A DNA stretch of 64,000 bases from NCBI GenBank assembly GCA_963772095.1, contig CAVYVU010000017.1:162201-226200 (forward strand), given 5' to 3'. This document shows positions 9,486 through 19,287 of this stretch, in pieces. The first letter of the stretch is position 1; every line of letters starts with the position of its first letter. The position numbers and the translations under genes are program-made. The notes beneath the pieces were generated by a model. The model ran no database searches. It had not been told where the DNA came from and saw only the letters and a list, made by a program, of their open reading frames with translations. Origin of the DNA: an uncultured Thermoleophilia bacterium (GTDB lineage: Bacteria > Actinomycetota > Thermoleophilia > RBG-16-64-13).

Positions 9486-10238
9486 TCACTCCTCCACAAA
9501 GGCGACCAGCCGTACAATGGATCCGTCACCACCCACCCAGCGGATGGGGAACCCAGAAATAGTGACACGCTTGCCGACGACCTCGTCGATATCGCCTCCG
9601 ACGTTCTCCCAGCCCATGATGTGGTTGCCCAGGAGAAGGCGGTGTACCGGCTCCCACTCCGGAAAGTCCTCCGCGGCCGAGCGACCAGTCTCAGCCTCGT
9701 ACTCCTTCACGATGTCAGGGAGCAGCGGGCCCGGGCCGTGGTAGCTGATCGCTGTGGAGAGCGGATGGTCGAGCGCCTGCTGATCGACGCCGACGGCTTT
9801 CACGCCCTTTTCGACGAACCATTCTCCGGCACTCCGCACCAACCCCGGGGAACGGGCGAAGTAATTCTTGGAGTCGGTGTACTGGGCGTGCATATGTGTG
9901 TGGACGATGACGATGTCGCCCTTCTCGATCTTTGGAGTGGCTTTCTCCAGATCGTCGGCCGTGATCATGCCCCACTTGGGTTTGGGGATATCCACGACTA
10001 CACCGGTGCCGTAGTAGCAATCGAGCGGTATCTCGTCGGTGAAGAGTTCGCCTTCGATAACGTGCGCTGGCGAATCCGCATGCGTCGACACGTGCATAGG
10101 GGTCGTGATCCACTGAGTGAGCACCCCGGACTTGGCGTGGTAATGGAAGCGCTCGATCTTGATGTCTGGGAAGTACGGCCACAGCGGCACCCCATGACCG
10201 AACGGTTGGCTGAGGTCCACTATCCTGACTTTGCCCAT
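9486..10238 (-). CDS. Cyclase family protein (kynurenine formamidase-like, PF04199-type)
   Basis: VDLSQPF..G.PLWP...TPMHVSTHADSPAHV...DIVIVHT motifs. Start at MGKVRIV, behind GGAGAAGGAGAAGG. Confidence 0.85.
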   Translation of the reverse strand: MGKVRIVDLSQPFGHGVPLWPYFPDIKIERFHYHAKSGVLTQWITTPMHVSTHADSPAHVIEGELFTDEIPLDCYYGTGVVVDIPKPKWGMITADDLEKATPKIEKGDIVIVHTHMHAQYTDSKNYFARSPGLVRSAGEWFVEKGVKAVGVDQQALDHPLSTAISYHGPGPLLPDIVKEYEAETGRSAAEDFPEWEPVHRLLLGNHIMGWENVGGDIDEVVGKRVTISGFPIRWVGGDGSIVRLVAFVEE

Positions 10239-10272
10239 GATCGCCTTCTCCTTCTCCACTGGTCGGCCTAAA

Positions 10273-10292
10273 GTTGGTTAACGACAACCAAC
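10273..10292. promoter_or_regulatory. Inverted repeat GTTGGTT-N6-AACCAAC upstream of the cyclase gene; candidate operator
   Basis: A perfect 7-bp inverted repeat about 35 nt upstream of the cyclase start codon. Confidence 0.3.
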
Positions 10293-10809
10293 CAAATATC
10301 TTTGCAGGTCTGGGCGAGAATTGTCAAGCCGCATGACATGCCCGCGCGCAGATGTGGTGGCGACGACCCCTGCGCAGTGGCGTCTTCCTGGCTCGAAGTT
10401 TCGTACCAGTGAAGGCGCGGGCCTGCACAGCCCTGCTCCGAGCCCTGCGCCTGCCCAAGATAATCACCGATGGTGAGGAGTTTGAACTAGCTCATCTGTG
10501 AGAGGAGAAAGCTTTGCCTTCCTCTCCACGGTGTACGCCCACCATGGCTTGTTCGCCCGATCCGCCTCAGCTTCCCTGCCATCGCCGGGCCAATGTCGGG
10601 CAGAGCTCCTCCAGCTGCGTAAATGCCGCTCGCTCCATGGGCCCTCCCTTGCGCCTCATGGCCCGATGACCGACGACCATCCTCAGCCGTCTACGCGAGA
10701 ATGCCGCCGCACCTCCGGCTATTCACTGCTATCGACGATCAAGCGCGTGCAAGCAGACCGTGGACTTTCCATTTACAAGAACGGGGCGTCCGCTTTCTCT
10801 GGAGGCCGA

Positions 10810-11382
10810 CTAATACGGCTCGGTCCACAGCTCGTAGTAGAGCTGGGAGCGCTTGCAAGCCGGGCAAGCGATAGGGGCGGATGGTCCCTCATGCACGTAA
10901 CCGCAATTGCGGCACTTCCAGCGCACCGACACCTCGCGGTTGAAGATACGGCCTGTCTCAAGGTTCTCAAGGATCTTCCGGTACCGCCGCTCGTGCCATG
11001 ACTCTACCTTGGCGATCTCTCGAAACGAGAGAGCGACCGCCGGAAATCCCTCGGCTTCAGCCGTAGCGGCAAAGTCAGGGTAGAGGAGCTTCCACTCTTC
11101 GTTCTCGCCTTGGGAGGCGGCGAGAAGATTCTCGGCTGTTGTACCCGCGCCCCCGGCCGGGTAAGTCGCGACGATCTCGGCTGGGCCACCCTCGAGGTGG
11201 TTGAAGAAGACACGGGCGTGCTCTCTCTCGTTGTCAGCGGTCTCCAAAAAGAGGGCGCTTATCTGCTCGAAGCCCTCCTTCTTCGCCTGGTCCGAGAAGT
11301 ACGTATAGCGGTTGCGAGCCTGGCTCTCGCCTGCGAACGCCTTAAGCAGATTCTGTTCAGTGCTTGTTCCCCTGACGCTCAT
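10810..11382 (-). CDS. rbr: Rubrerythrin
   Basis: TEQNLLKAFAGESQARNRYTYF...ADNEREHA ferritin-like diiron motifs plus a C-terminal rubredoxin-like WKCRNCGY...CPACK. Confidence 0.9.
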   Translation of the reverse strand: MSVRGTSTEQNLLKAFAGESQARNRYTYFSDQAKKEGFEQISALFLETADNEREHARVFFNHLEGGPAEIVATYPAGGAGTTAENLLAASQGENEEWKLLYPDFAATAEAEGFPAVALSFREIAKVESWHERRYRKILENLETGRIFNREVSVRWKCRNCGYVHEGPSAPIACPACKRSQLYYELWTEPY

Positions 11383-11610
11383 GACGGCATGTGCTCCTTT
11401 CGTCTGACAGAGAATGAGCGTCATATACCCATTTTGATCGATTATCTCGGTGTTCCATCAAATATCCGCCGGCGACGGATCGGGTCGTGACCGCCTTTCG
11501 CCGGGCGTGAACGCTACACGCCGGCGTCGCCCGGAAGACAAGGAGGATTTAGGCCGGGAAATGTGGCGGAAACAATCGGACGCCAGGTCTGTACGTCTAT
11601 CGTGCCCCCC

Positions 11611-11648
11611 ATAAGAAAAAGCGCGCCCCGCTTGTAAGCAGAGCGCGC
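11611..11648 (-). terminator. Rho-independent terminator (11-bp stem with 2 G-U pairs, loop TTACAA, then TTTTTCTTAT on the minus strand)
   Basis: Minus strand reads GCGCGCTCTGC-TTACAA-GCGGGGCGCGC-TTTTTCTTAT, starting about 15 nt after the stop at 11663. Confidence 0.65.
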
Positions 11649-11662
11649 CAGGCTTCGTGATC

Positions 11663-11986
11663 TTAGGCGGCTTTCTTGGAGTTCCACCGAGCCATGAAGT
11701 CATGAACGCGGTAGTCCTTCAGCGCCCGAGCCTCATGTAGGCCTTCTTTTCGACCGACGGGGGTGTCGCCGGATGATGCGAGCCGACTCTCAATGAGTTG
11801 GGCTCTGTGTTTCAACCAGCTGGATAGAGTCTTCAATTGCGTCTCCCTGTCTTTGGGCCTCGCCGCAAACGAGCGCTCCAGCGCTCTTGAAGGCCCCTTG
11901 CCTTCCGCGGATCGGCCCGCTCTTTTCTCTTTCTTGTCTTTGTTAGTATACACTAACTGCAAGCCGGAGGTCACCCGCGAGGGCAC
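11663..11986 (-). CDS. Hypothetical protein (Lys/Arg-rich, unrecognised)
   Basis: A 107-aa ORF followed directly by a canonical terminator. No family was recognised. The N-terminus overlaps the inverted repeat GTTAGT-ATAC-ACTAAC (11942-11957), so the true start is uncertain. Confidence 0.35.
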   Translation of the reverse strand: MPSRVTSGLQLVYTNKDKKEKRAGRSAEGKGPSRALERSFAARPKDRETQLKTLSSWLKHRAQLIESRLASSGDTPVGRKEGLHEARALKDYRVHDFMARWNSKKAA

Positions 11987-12093
11987 GGGGAGGAGAGGAG
12001 GCTTCGTGCTTTGGGAATCGAGCTCGGTGGGCCTAAGTCGGCTGATTCACGAGAACGACCGCCATCGGACTTAGCTGCCCACGGGGATGAGCA

Positions 12094-12166
12094 TGCGCCG
12101 TGTTGGGCTCGAACCAACGACCGTCGGATTAAGAGTCCGGTGCTCTACCAGCTGAGCTAACGGCGC
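12094..12166 (-). tRNA. tRNA-Lys (anticodon CTT)
   Basis: The reverse complement folds as a cloverleaf: acceptor GCGCCGT/ACGGCGC, D-arm GCTC-AGCTGGTA-GAGC, anticodon loop CT-CTT-AA, T-arm GTTGG-TTCGAGC-CCAAC. CCA is not encoded. Confidence 0.9.
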
Positions 12167-12221
12167 GGGAACCGAATAGCGCATGCTAGTCCCCCAGGCG
12201 GTCAGCGTCAACAGATCTGAC

Positions 12222-12483
12222 ATCTCCATCGCGGAAGTACTTGTACTCGGATGGGTTCCTTGACCTTCACCACCATCTCAGCCCGGGCCCATACCTCGGC
12301 GGCGCCCTCCGCGAGCGCGGCCCGTTTGGCCGCATAGTCCTCATCCGCGAAGCCGCCACCCTGCCCGGCGAATCTACCGACGAGGACCTTGTGTCCAGCC
12401 TGGGTGAGAGCCCATGCGCCCGCAGGCGTCAGGCCCACCCGGTTCTCGTTGTTCTTGATCTCCTTCGCGCATCCGACGATCAC
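12222..12483 (-). pseudogene. ald: Alanine dehydrogenase N-terminal remnant (about 88 codons, frameshifted, truncated next to tRNA-Lys)
   Basis: MIVGCAKEIKNNENRVGLTPAG...EMVVKVKEP matches the Ald N-terminus. PSEYKYFRDGD continues in another frame, and homology then stops about 55 nt from the tRNA. Confidence 0.7.
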
Positions 12484-12575
12484 GTTCGCGCCCCCCTCGT
12501 CCTCCCCGTGGCGCGGTTGCTATGCTCAAGCCGCCTTGCTTCCGGTCGCTCGTACAGTTGTGCCAAGATTCTCCT

Positions 12576-12857
12576 CTATCCAGCCCCCAACAAAGGCACC
12601 AGTACCAGCACGTCGCCATCGGCCACCTGAACATCCAGCGAGTGAAGCACGCGCCCGTTTCGGACTACTCGAATGGCACTCCAGGAACCGCCCTCACCCG
12701 CTCGAAGCAGACCGCTCAGGTCTCTCTTCTCAGCTTCCGCCACCGCCATGATCACGTCACGAGCCGTCGGCTCCGTGATCGCGTCCATTTGCAGGTCTAT
12801 TTCCTCTTTGCCAACAAGGTCTCTCGTGTTTGCCATAAAGCGGACTTTGATGGACAT
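12576..12857 (-). CDS. MoaD/ThiS-family ubiquitin-like small protein (C-terminus ...LLGAG)
   Basis: MSIKVRFMANTRDLVGKEEIDL...VADGDVLVLVPLLGAG has the length and pattern of beta-grasp sulfur carriers. It sits immediately downstream of AOR. Confidence 0.6.
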   Translation of the reverse strand: MSIKVRFMANTRDLVGKEEIDLQMDAITEPTARDVIMAVAEAEKRDLSGLLRAGEGGSWSAIRVVRNGRVLHSLDVQVADGDVLVLVPLLGAG

Positions 12858-12911
12858 GGGCCACCACCCTTGGATGTGCTCTGCGCTCTTGATCACCGGC
12901 GTCAGCTTACT

Positions 12912-14780
12912 CTAACCGATGATCGAACTCAGCCCCAATCTAGCCAACTTGTCTTCAGACGGAATCCCACCGGGCCATCCCCGCTCGCGATAGTATTCTT
13001 CCATCATGTCGGCAAAGGGAAGCGGGACACCCGCGGCACCGCCCTCGGTGTGGGGTGTAAGGAAGCGCTGAGGCAACACGTAATCTTGGCTCGGCACGAC
13101 TCCGTGCTTGAGATTGAACATCTGCATGAGATTGACTATGCGCTCACCGATTTCAAGAAGCTCAATCGGTTTTAGGTCCCAACCAGTCACGGCATTCAGA
13201 AGGTCAGTAAGCAGTGTGAAATCCAAGCCGGCGAACTCGTAGAAGAAGCAGACGACAGCGGAGTTGCAGACCGCCATCCGATCCTGGAACTTCATTTGGG
13301 CAAGCCCTTTGTGTTCGGAGCTGTGAGGAGGCAGCGGGTTGAGCAACTCGTCCCTTCCGGTTTCCGGAAACGTGACGCCCAGCTCGATAGCTTCGGGGAA
13401 CCCGTGGAGGTGGCTTGCTCCCTTCATCGAGGTGGCGGTTTCCACTGCCATGGACAGGAAGGCCCTCGGATCATGTGCCGGGACAGCCGCGCCGCAGACG
13501 TGTAGCGCCGCATCAGGAATCCCCAGTGCCTCTCCCGCCGGCCTCAGCCCCTCGCCGAGAAGATACGGGACCCGGCCCTCGCGTTTCGCGATCTTCTCCA
13601 AAAGGGCGATCATGGCATCGCCGTCACCCCACTTGAGTTCGATGCCCCCGAGATCTTCGCTGGTGATCGCGCCCCGGTCGTAAGCTTCCATCGCGAAGGC
13701 GCAGACGCCCCCGAAGTCGATCGTATCGAGGCTATAACGGTTGCAGAGCTCGTTGGCCTTGTTGATGGCCAAGAGGTTGTCGACCAGCAAGTCGGAGCCC
13801 ATCATGCCAAGGGTTTCGTATTCCGGCCCGTAGCTGTCCATTGCATAGGCGCCGTCCTCAATGGTGACGCGCCGGTGGCAGCCCATTATGCAGTTTGAGC
13901 AGGCGTCCGGCTTTGGCTTCAGGACGGGATTGAAGTCAGCTCCCTCGCCCGCTCCCAGCTTGCGGGCCCCGTCCTGCCAGCGGTCCTGTAGGAAGTTCTT
14001 CATGGGAAGAAGCCCGTTTTCCTCGCGAGGCACGACGGCCATCGCCTGGCCAAGTTCGCGGTTCGCCTTCGCAAAATCCGCGTTCTTAGCGCGTTCGGCG
14101 TACTCTTTCTTCAGTGCCGAAAGCGCGTCGGGGCGAGCGATCGACACGTTCTGCGTTCCCCGAAAAGCGAGCGCCTTGAGATTCTTCGAGCCCATCACGG
14201 CTCCCATGCCGGTACGACCGGCGCAGCCGTGCCCGTGGTTGCAGATGACTCCAGCGTATCGGACGAGATTCTCTCCCCCGGCCCCTATAGGAGCGACTCG
14301 GACCTTCGGATCGTTCAGTTCGGCAATAATCGCGTCTTCTGTCTCATAAGCGTCCGTCTTGCCCCATAGATGCGATGCATCCCGGATCTCCACTTGTCCG
14401 TCGTGGAGGAAGAGGTACACGGGCCTGACGGCCCTACCCTTGACCACAAGCGCGTCGAATCCAGTCTTCTTGAACTCCTCGGCGTTGTAGCCGCCCCCAG
14501 TGGACTCGCCGAATATCCCCGTCAATGGGGACTTTGCACAGATCGTGAACCGCCCGCTGCCCAGGATTCTGCTCCCGCCTTGAAAGGGACCAGTGGCAAA
14601 TACTAGGACGTTATCCGGACCGAGCGGGTCCGCACCAGCTGGAATCTGTTCGTAGAGGATCGTCGCTGCCAAGCCTGTCCCACCAAGGAAGTCACGCCTC
14701 AATTCCTCTGGAAACGGAATCGTCTTGCTGGTTCCTTGGGTAAGATCCACCTCGATCATCTTTCCCCAGTATCCACTCAT
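12912..14780 (-). CDS. aor: Aldehyde:ferredoxin oxidoreductase (tungstopterin AOR family)
   Basis: MSGYWGKMIEVDLT...LGGTGLAA...GPDNVLVFATGPFQG, Cys motifs (CSNCIMGC), about 620 aa. RBS AGGAGACGAGG. Confidence 0.9.
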   Translation of the reverse strand: MSGYWGKMIEVDLTQGTSKTIPFPEELRRDFLGGTGLAATILYEQIPAGADPLGPDNVLVFATGPFQGGSRILGSGRFTICAKSPLTGIFGESTGGGYNAEEFKKTGFDALVVKGRAVRPVYLFLHDGQVEIRDASHLWGKTDAYETEDAIIAELNDPKVRVAPIGAGGENLVRYAGVICNHGHGCAGRTGMGAVMGSKNLKALAFRGTQNVSIARPDALSALKKEYAERAKNADFAKANRELGQAMAVVPREENGLLPMKNFLQDRWQDGARKLGAGEGADFNPVLKPKPDACSNCIMGCHRRVTIEDGAYAMDSYGPEYETLGMMGSDLLVDNLLAINKANELCNRYSLDTIDFGGVCAFAMEAYDRGAITSEDLGGIELKWGDGDAMIALLEKIAKREGRVPYLLGEGLRPAGEALGIPDAALHVCGAAVPAHDPRAFLSMAVETATSMKGASHLHGFPEAIELGVTFPETGRDELLNPLPPHSSEHKGLAQMKFQDRMAVCNSAVVCFFYEFAGLDFTLLTDLLNAVTGWDLKPIELLEIGERIVNLMQMFNLKHGVVPSQDYVLPQRFLTPHTEGGAAGVPLPFADMMEEYYRERGWPGGIPSEDKLARLGLSSIIG

Positions 14781-15024
14781 CCTCGTCTCCTGACACGGTT
14801 CGTGAAGTCCGGGCCACTCACAGGTCTCCGTAGGAATCCTCGGCACGCGATCGCAGGCGCCCTCCGGGGCTCCGTCCAATCCGAGTGGATTGTAGCGCCG
14901 TCCGATGTTGAATGCCATGGACTCCGATGGGCTCCCCCAAACGTTGCGGCGGCTCTGGAGCTAAGATATTACGAGCCTGATTACGAGCGTGCGGAACGTG
15001 AAGCATAAGCGCAAGGAGCGGAAA

Positions 15025-16434
15025 GTGCTCACGGATAGGCTGCTTCGCGAATTGAGAGGAATCGTCGGCACGGAAGACGTGCTCTGGAAGAAGGCTGATC
15101 TTCGGACCTACTCATACGATGCTTACGTGGAGAGGTCACTCCCCGATGCCGTCGTCTTTGTCGAGTCAACGGACGAAGTAGCATCAGTGATGCGAGTCGC
15201 TCATCGCGAGAACATACCTTTTGTGCCTCGTGGCTGCGCCACCAACTTGACGGGTGGGACGATCGCGGTGAGGGGGGGCCTCGTCGTCGAGATGGCTCGT
15301 ATGAGACGGGTCGTGGAGATAGATACCGCCAATGAGCGAATCATTGTGGAGTCCGGCATCAACAATCTGGAGATTTCGACCATTCTCGATCCGCTTGGTT
15401 ACTACTACGCTCCTGACCCGTCGAGCCAGAAGGCGTCTTCCATCGGGGGCAACATCGCGGAGAATGCCGGCGGTCCTCACTGCTTCAAGTACGGGGTCAC
15501 GTCCAACCACGTCGTTGGGGCGGAAGTCGTACTCCCTGACGGCGAGGTGGTCTGGCTGGGAGGCAAGGCTCTCGATCTGCCCGGATTCGATCTGCTCGGT
15601 GGTTTCGTCGGGAGCGAGGGCACTTTTGGGATCTGTACCAAGGCTGTCCTTCGGATTCTTCGCAAACCCGAAGCCGTCAAGACGTTGCTGGCGATCTACG
15701 ACAGCATCGATGACGCCGCCAGGACGGTCTCTGCCATAGTGGCCGCCGGCATGATGCCCGCGACTCTCGAAATGATGGACAAGCTCGCGATGCAAGCGGT
15801 GGAGGAGTCTGAAGCTCTGGGGTTTCCTAGAGATGCCGCGGCAGTACTCCTCATAGAACTGGACGGGCTCCTCGACGGCATGGAAGACATGGCCACCGAC
15901 GTGCTTGCGATGTGCAGGCGCAACCACGCCCGTGAGGTCCGAGTGGCAAGTTCCGAAGATGAACGGACCGCCCTATGGAAAGGACGCAAAGGCGCGGCTG
16001 CAGCTGTGGCTCGCTTGGCCCCTAATTACTTGCTTCTCGATGGCACGGTACCTCGTACAAAGCTCCCCGAGGCCTTGCGGAGGGTCCACGAAATCGGTGA
16101 CAAATACGATCTCAAGATTGCGAGCGTGGCTCACGCCGGTGATGGCAATCTACATCCGTTCGTGTTGTTCGACAGCAGGATCCCGGCGGATCAGGAGCGG
16201 GCTACGAAAGCAGGCATGGAGATCCTCGCTACGTGTGTGGAGCTGGGCGGCACGATAAGTGGGGAGCACGGCGTCGGCATTGAGAAGGTGAGGGCGATGA
16301 GTATGCTCTTCACCGAGAATGACCTTCGAGCGCAGGAGTGGCTCAAAGAGGTTTTTGACCCGGCCGACTTGTCCAACCCAGGAAAGGTCTTGCCGTCGCG
16401 AGTCGCCGTTCTGGGGGTTGCTGATGCCTCCTAG
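15025..16434 (+). CDS. glcD: FAD-linked oxidase, GlcD-like (glycolate/D-lactate oxidase subunit)
   Basis: FAD_binding_4 pattern (VVFVESTDEVASVMRVAHRENIPFVPRGCATNLTGG) and a C-terminal GTISGEHGVG. GTG start behind AAGGAG; the ORF is open from 14989. Confidence 0.85.
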   Translation: MLTDRLLRELRGIVGTEDVLWKKADLRTYSYDAYVERSLPDAVVFVESTDEVASVMRVAHRENIPFVPRGCATNLTGGTIAVRGGLVVEMARMRRVVEIDTANERIIVESGINNLEISTILDPLGYYYAPDPSSQKASSIGGNIAENAGGPHCFKYGVTSNHVVGAEVVLPDGEVVWLGGKALDLPGFDLLGGFVGSEGTFGICTKAVLRILRKPEAVKTLLAIYDSIDDAARTVSAIVAAGMMPATLEMMDKLAMQAVEESEALGFPRDAAAVLLIELDGLLDGMEDMATDVLAMCRRNHAREVRVASSEDERTALWKGRKGAAAAVARLAPNYLLLDGTVPRTKLPEALRRVHEIGDKYDLKIASVAHAGDGNLHPFVLFDSRIPADQERATKAGMEILATCVELGGTISGEHGVGIEKVRAMSMLFTENDLRAQEWLKEVFDPADLSNPGKVLPSRVAVLGVADAS

Positions 16435-17866
16435 TTTCGGTGACTTCCTGGCCGAGTTGAAGGTCCTTGTTCCTGGCGTCACGGTAGAAGAAGACCCGCA
16501 GATCAAGGTTGCGGGGGTCGTTCCAGCCGTCCGGGTAAGTCCGACAACTGTCCGCGAGCTGGAACAGATAGTAGGTTGGGCTTCCAGGCACGGCATGGCA
16601 ATGGCGGCGCTCGGGGGCGGGACCAAGCTGGGGATTGGAAACCCCCCTCCTCGCTTGGACTTGGTGCTCGACATGAGCGCGATGAATTCCATTATCGAGT
16701 GCGATCCCGAGAATCTTGTCCTGACCGCTCAGGCAGGGGTCACCATCCAACATGTTCAGTGGATGGCGCGCAAGGACTCCGTGGTTCTACCGCTTGATCC
16801 GCAGTCCAGAGATCGAGCAACCTTAGGTGGAGTGATCGCCTCGGCGGACCACGGCCCACGTCGAGGCCAGTATGGTGGTCTTAGGGACTTGGTTCTTGGA
16901 ATGAAGGTGGTTCTCCCTGACGGCAGCCTAGCCCACTTTGGCGGTCGAACACTCAAGAACGTCGCAGGTTACGATGTCGGCAAGCTTTTCATCGGCTCGA
17001 TTGGCACCATAGGCGTGATCGCTGAGGCCACCGTGCGTCTTCTGCCGCTGCCCGTGTGTGAGGAGCTTCTGCTTGTCACGGTGCCCGGCCTGGAGCATGG
17101 GCGACGCCTGGTGACCAAGATCCTGGAATCTGTCCTGATCCCCTCAACCCTTGAGTTTCTCTCACCTGCGTGTGCGGGCTTTCTCGGGTTGGATCAGTAC
17201 CTTCGCTCTTCCGGCACCGAAAGCCTTCTGCTCGTTGCTCTCGAAGGGCACCCCGCCGCCGTGGAACGCCATGTTGGCGACATCTCCGGCTACTGTGCTG
17301 AGCTGAACTCTGTGCCAACGGCGCTGCTCGGTGGGACCGGCGGCATCGCGCCGGGCGTCGAGAGCTCGGTTCGCATGGTGGCTCGCCCCGCTTGGTCCCA
17401 AGCCGGAGTTGTTGAATCTCGCCGCGCATCTGAGATCGGGCTCGCCCCCGATGGTTGCTGGGATACCTTCGCAGAGCTTCGCGGGAAGGCGCTTGGGAAC
17501 GGGTATCACGTCGGTTTGCGCTGTACGGTGCCGCTCGCGCGCGCCTGGGACCTGGCCTTTGCCGCGGACGAACACTCTAGGGCGAATGACGTTGCCATAT
17601 CCTACAGAATGAGTTGTGGATCGGGGTCCCTCGAGGTCCACGCTAGGGGTTCTTCGACGGGACTGCGAGCGTTCGCGCGGGAGTTGCGGACAGACGCAGA
17701 GAACCGAGAAGGGGCTGTCACGGTGCTGGACGGCTGGTCTGAGCTGGGGCCACAGTTCGACGCCTGGGGAGCTCATCGGACCGATTTCGGGCTCATCAAG
17801 GCCGTAAAGGAGAAGTTCGACCCCCAAGGCATCATGAATCCAGGTCGTTACGTGGGAGGCCTGTAG
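16424..17866 (+). CDS. FAD-binding oxidase subunit, GlcE-like (longer than typical GlcE)
   Basis: PCMH-type FAD-binding pattern (AALGGGTKLGIG...NLVLTAQAGV...) and a C-terminal KFDPQGIMNPGR. The start overlaps the glcD stop by 11 nt. Confidence 0.7.
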   Translation: MPPSFGDFLAELKVLVPGVTVEEDPQIKVAGVVPAVRVSPTTVRELEQIVGWASRHGMAMAALGGGTKLGIGNPPPRLDLVLDMSAMNSIIECDPENLVLTAQAGVTIQHVQWMARKDSVVLPLDPQSRDRATLGGVIASADHGPRRGQYGGLRDLVLGMKVVLPDGSLAHFGGRTLKNVAGYDVGKLFIGSIGTIGVIAEATVRLLPLPVCEELLLVTVPGLEHGRRLVTKILESVLIPSTLEFLSPACAGFLGLDQYLRSSGTESLLLVALEGHPAAVERHVGDISGYCAELNSVPTALLGGTGGIAPGVESSVRMVARPAWSQAGVVESRRASEIGLAPDGCWDTFAELRGKALGNGYHVGLRCTVPLARAWDLAFAADEHSRANDVAISYRMSCGSGSLEVHARGSSTGLRAFARELRTDAENREGAVTVLDGWSELGPQFDAWGAHRTDFGLIKAVKEKFDPQGIMNPGRYVGGL

Positions 17867-17868
17867 GC

Positions 17869-19251
17869 ATGGAACCCCAGCGCTCGACGACTGCCGAAGG
17901 CGCGGCTCCGGCGGCTACCTCCGAGAGGGTCGAGGAGTTCTTCGATCTCTACGACGAAGTCGCCACGTGCGGGAAATGCGGCTTCTGCCAGCCAACGTGC
18001 CCGGTGTATACGGCCACGAACGTCGAGGCCCACGTGGCGCGCGGGAAGAACGCACTGTTCCGCGATCTCATCGAGGGAGGGACTCCGCTGGAACCCGATC
18101 TCCGAGAGGCCTTTGACAACTGCCTCTTGTGTCGCGCCTGTACCGCGAACTGCTTTCCAGCGGTCAAGACGGACCGGGTAGTTATCGCCTTCCGCGAGAC
18201 CTATGGAAAGCGGCTTGGGCGGGCGGCCATTCAGCGATGGATATTCCGCGGGCTCCTCCCGTATCCGGAACGCATGTCTCGAATCATCGGCACGATGTGG
18301 ATAGCGCGCCGGCTCGGTCTGGCGGGTGTGGCGAAGCGCCTCGGACTGCTTAGGATGATAAATCCCAAGCTGGAGAAAGCAATGGAGATCAGGGAGGAGG
18401 TACCCTCAAGCTTCCTAAGGACCAGGCTGAAAAAGCGGGTCCGGCCGGTGCAGTCTCCCCTAGGTCTCAAGGTTGGATACTGGATCTCCTGCGGTTACAA
18501 CTACATGTTGCCGGAGGTGGGCGAAGCGACCGTAGATGTCCTTGAGCAGAACGGGATCGCGGTCACGGTGCTGCCCAATGCCTGCTGCGGCATGCCGGTG
18601 TATGGCTATGGGGATGTTGAAGGAGCTCGCCTTCTGGCTAGGATAAACATCGAGAGGCTCGGCGATCTTGGGCAATACGACTACATCGTGTCCGACTGCG
18701 GCAGTTGCTCAGGCCATCTCAAGGAATATGCCGACCTCCTGAGGGACGACCCCGAGTATGCCGAGCGGGCCAGGCTCCTTGTCGCCAAGGTGAGGAGCTT
18801 CAGCGAGTTGATGGAGGCCGAAGGCATCAGCGCTCCTCTCGGTGAGCTTCCGGCCGCGGTCACCTATCACGATCCTTGTCATCTCGGAGCCCGCTACCAA
18901 GGCATCGTGTCCCAACCCCGGGAGCTCATAAAGTCTATTCCCGGCGTCGACTACCGAGAGCTCTGCGAAGCCGACTGGTGCTGCGGAGCAGCCGGGTCAT
19001 ACAACTTCATGCACAACGAGATCTCCATGAAGATCCTTGACCGCAAGGTGGAGAACGTCGAGAAGTCCGGTGCGGATATCATTGTGACGGAATGCCCGTC
19101 GTGCATCATGCAACTGTCACTTGGGGCCAAGCGTCGCGGCCTGTCGACGCGAGTTCTAAGTGTTTCTCAGCTGCTCCAAGAGGCCGAGCGGGCTGCACCG
19201 CCCGCGGGAAACGAAGGTGCGATCGACCGCCCACAACTACCAGAGCCCTGA
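17869..19251 (+). CDS. glcF: (Fe-S)-binding subunit, GlcF-like (two 4Fe-4S motifs plus CCG domains)
   Basis: CGKCGFCQPTCP and CLLCRACTANC, then Cys-rich CCG-type repeats (CCGMP.., DPCHL.., CCGAAG, ECPSC). Confidence 0.85.
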   Translation: MEPQRSTTAEGAAPAATSERVEEFFDLYDEVATCGKCGFCQPTCPVYTATNVEAHVARGKNALFRDLIEGGTPLEPDLREAFDNCLLCRACTANCFPAVKTDRVVIAFRETYGKRLGRAAIQRWIFRGLLPYPERMSRIIGTMWIARRLGLAGVAKRLGLLRMINPKLEKAMEIREEVPSSFLRTRLKKRVRPVQSPLGLKVGYWISCGYNYMLPEVGEATVDVLEQNGIAVTVLPNACCGMPVYGYGDVEGARLLARINIERLGDLGQYDYIVSDCGSCSGHLKEYADLLRDDPEYAERARLLVAKVRSFSELMEAEGISAPLGELPAAVTYHDPCHLGARYQGIVSQPRELIKSIPGVDYRELCEADWCCGAAGSYNFMHNEISMKILDRKVENVEKSGADIIVTECPSCIMQLSLGAKRRGLSTRVLSVSQLLQEAERAAPPAGNEGAIDRPQLPEP

Positions 19252-19287
19252 GCGGTGAGCTACTCGAAAGGAGCAAAGATAGACAAG

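Noticed and set aside
8537-10271. Long ORFs 8537..9226 (-) and 9384..10271 (+)
   Set aside because: They are antisense to the flavodoxin-like NAD(P)H dehydrogenase and the cyclase respectively, both of which carry family motifs.
11400-12500. Integrated mobile element at tRNA-Lys
   Set aside because: No integrase, excisionase or duplicated tRNA 3' fragment was seen within the window. Only a rearrangement scar can be claimed.
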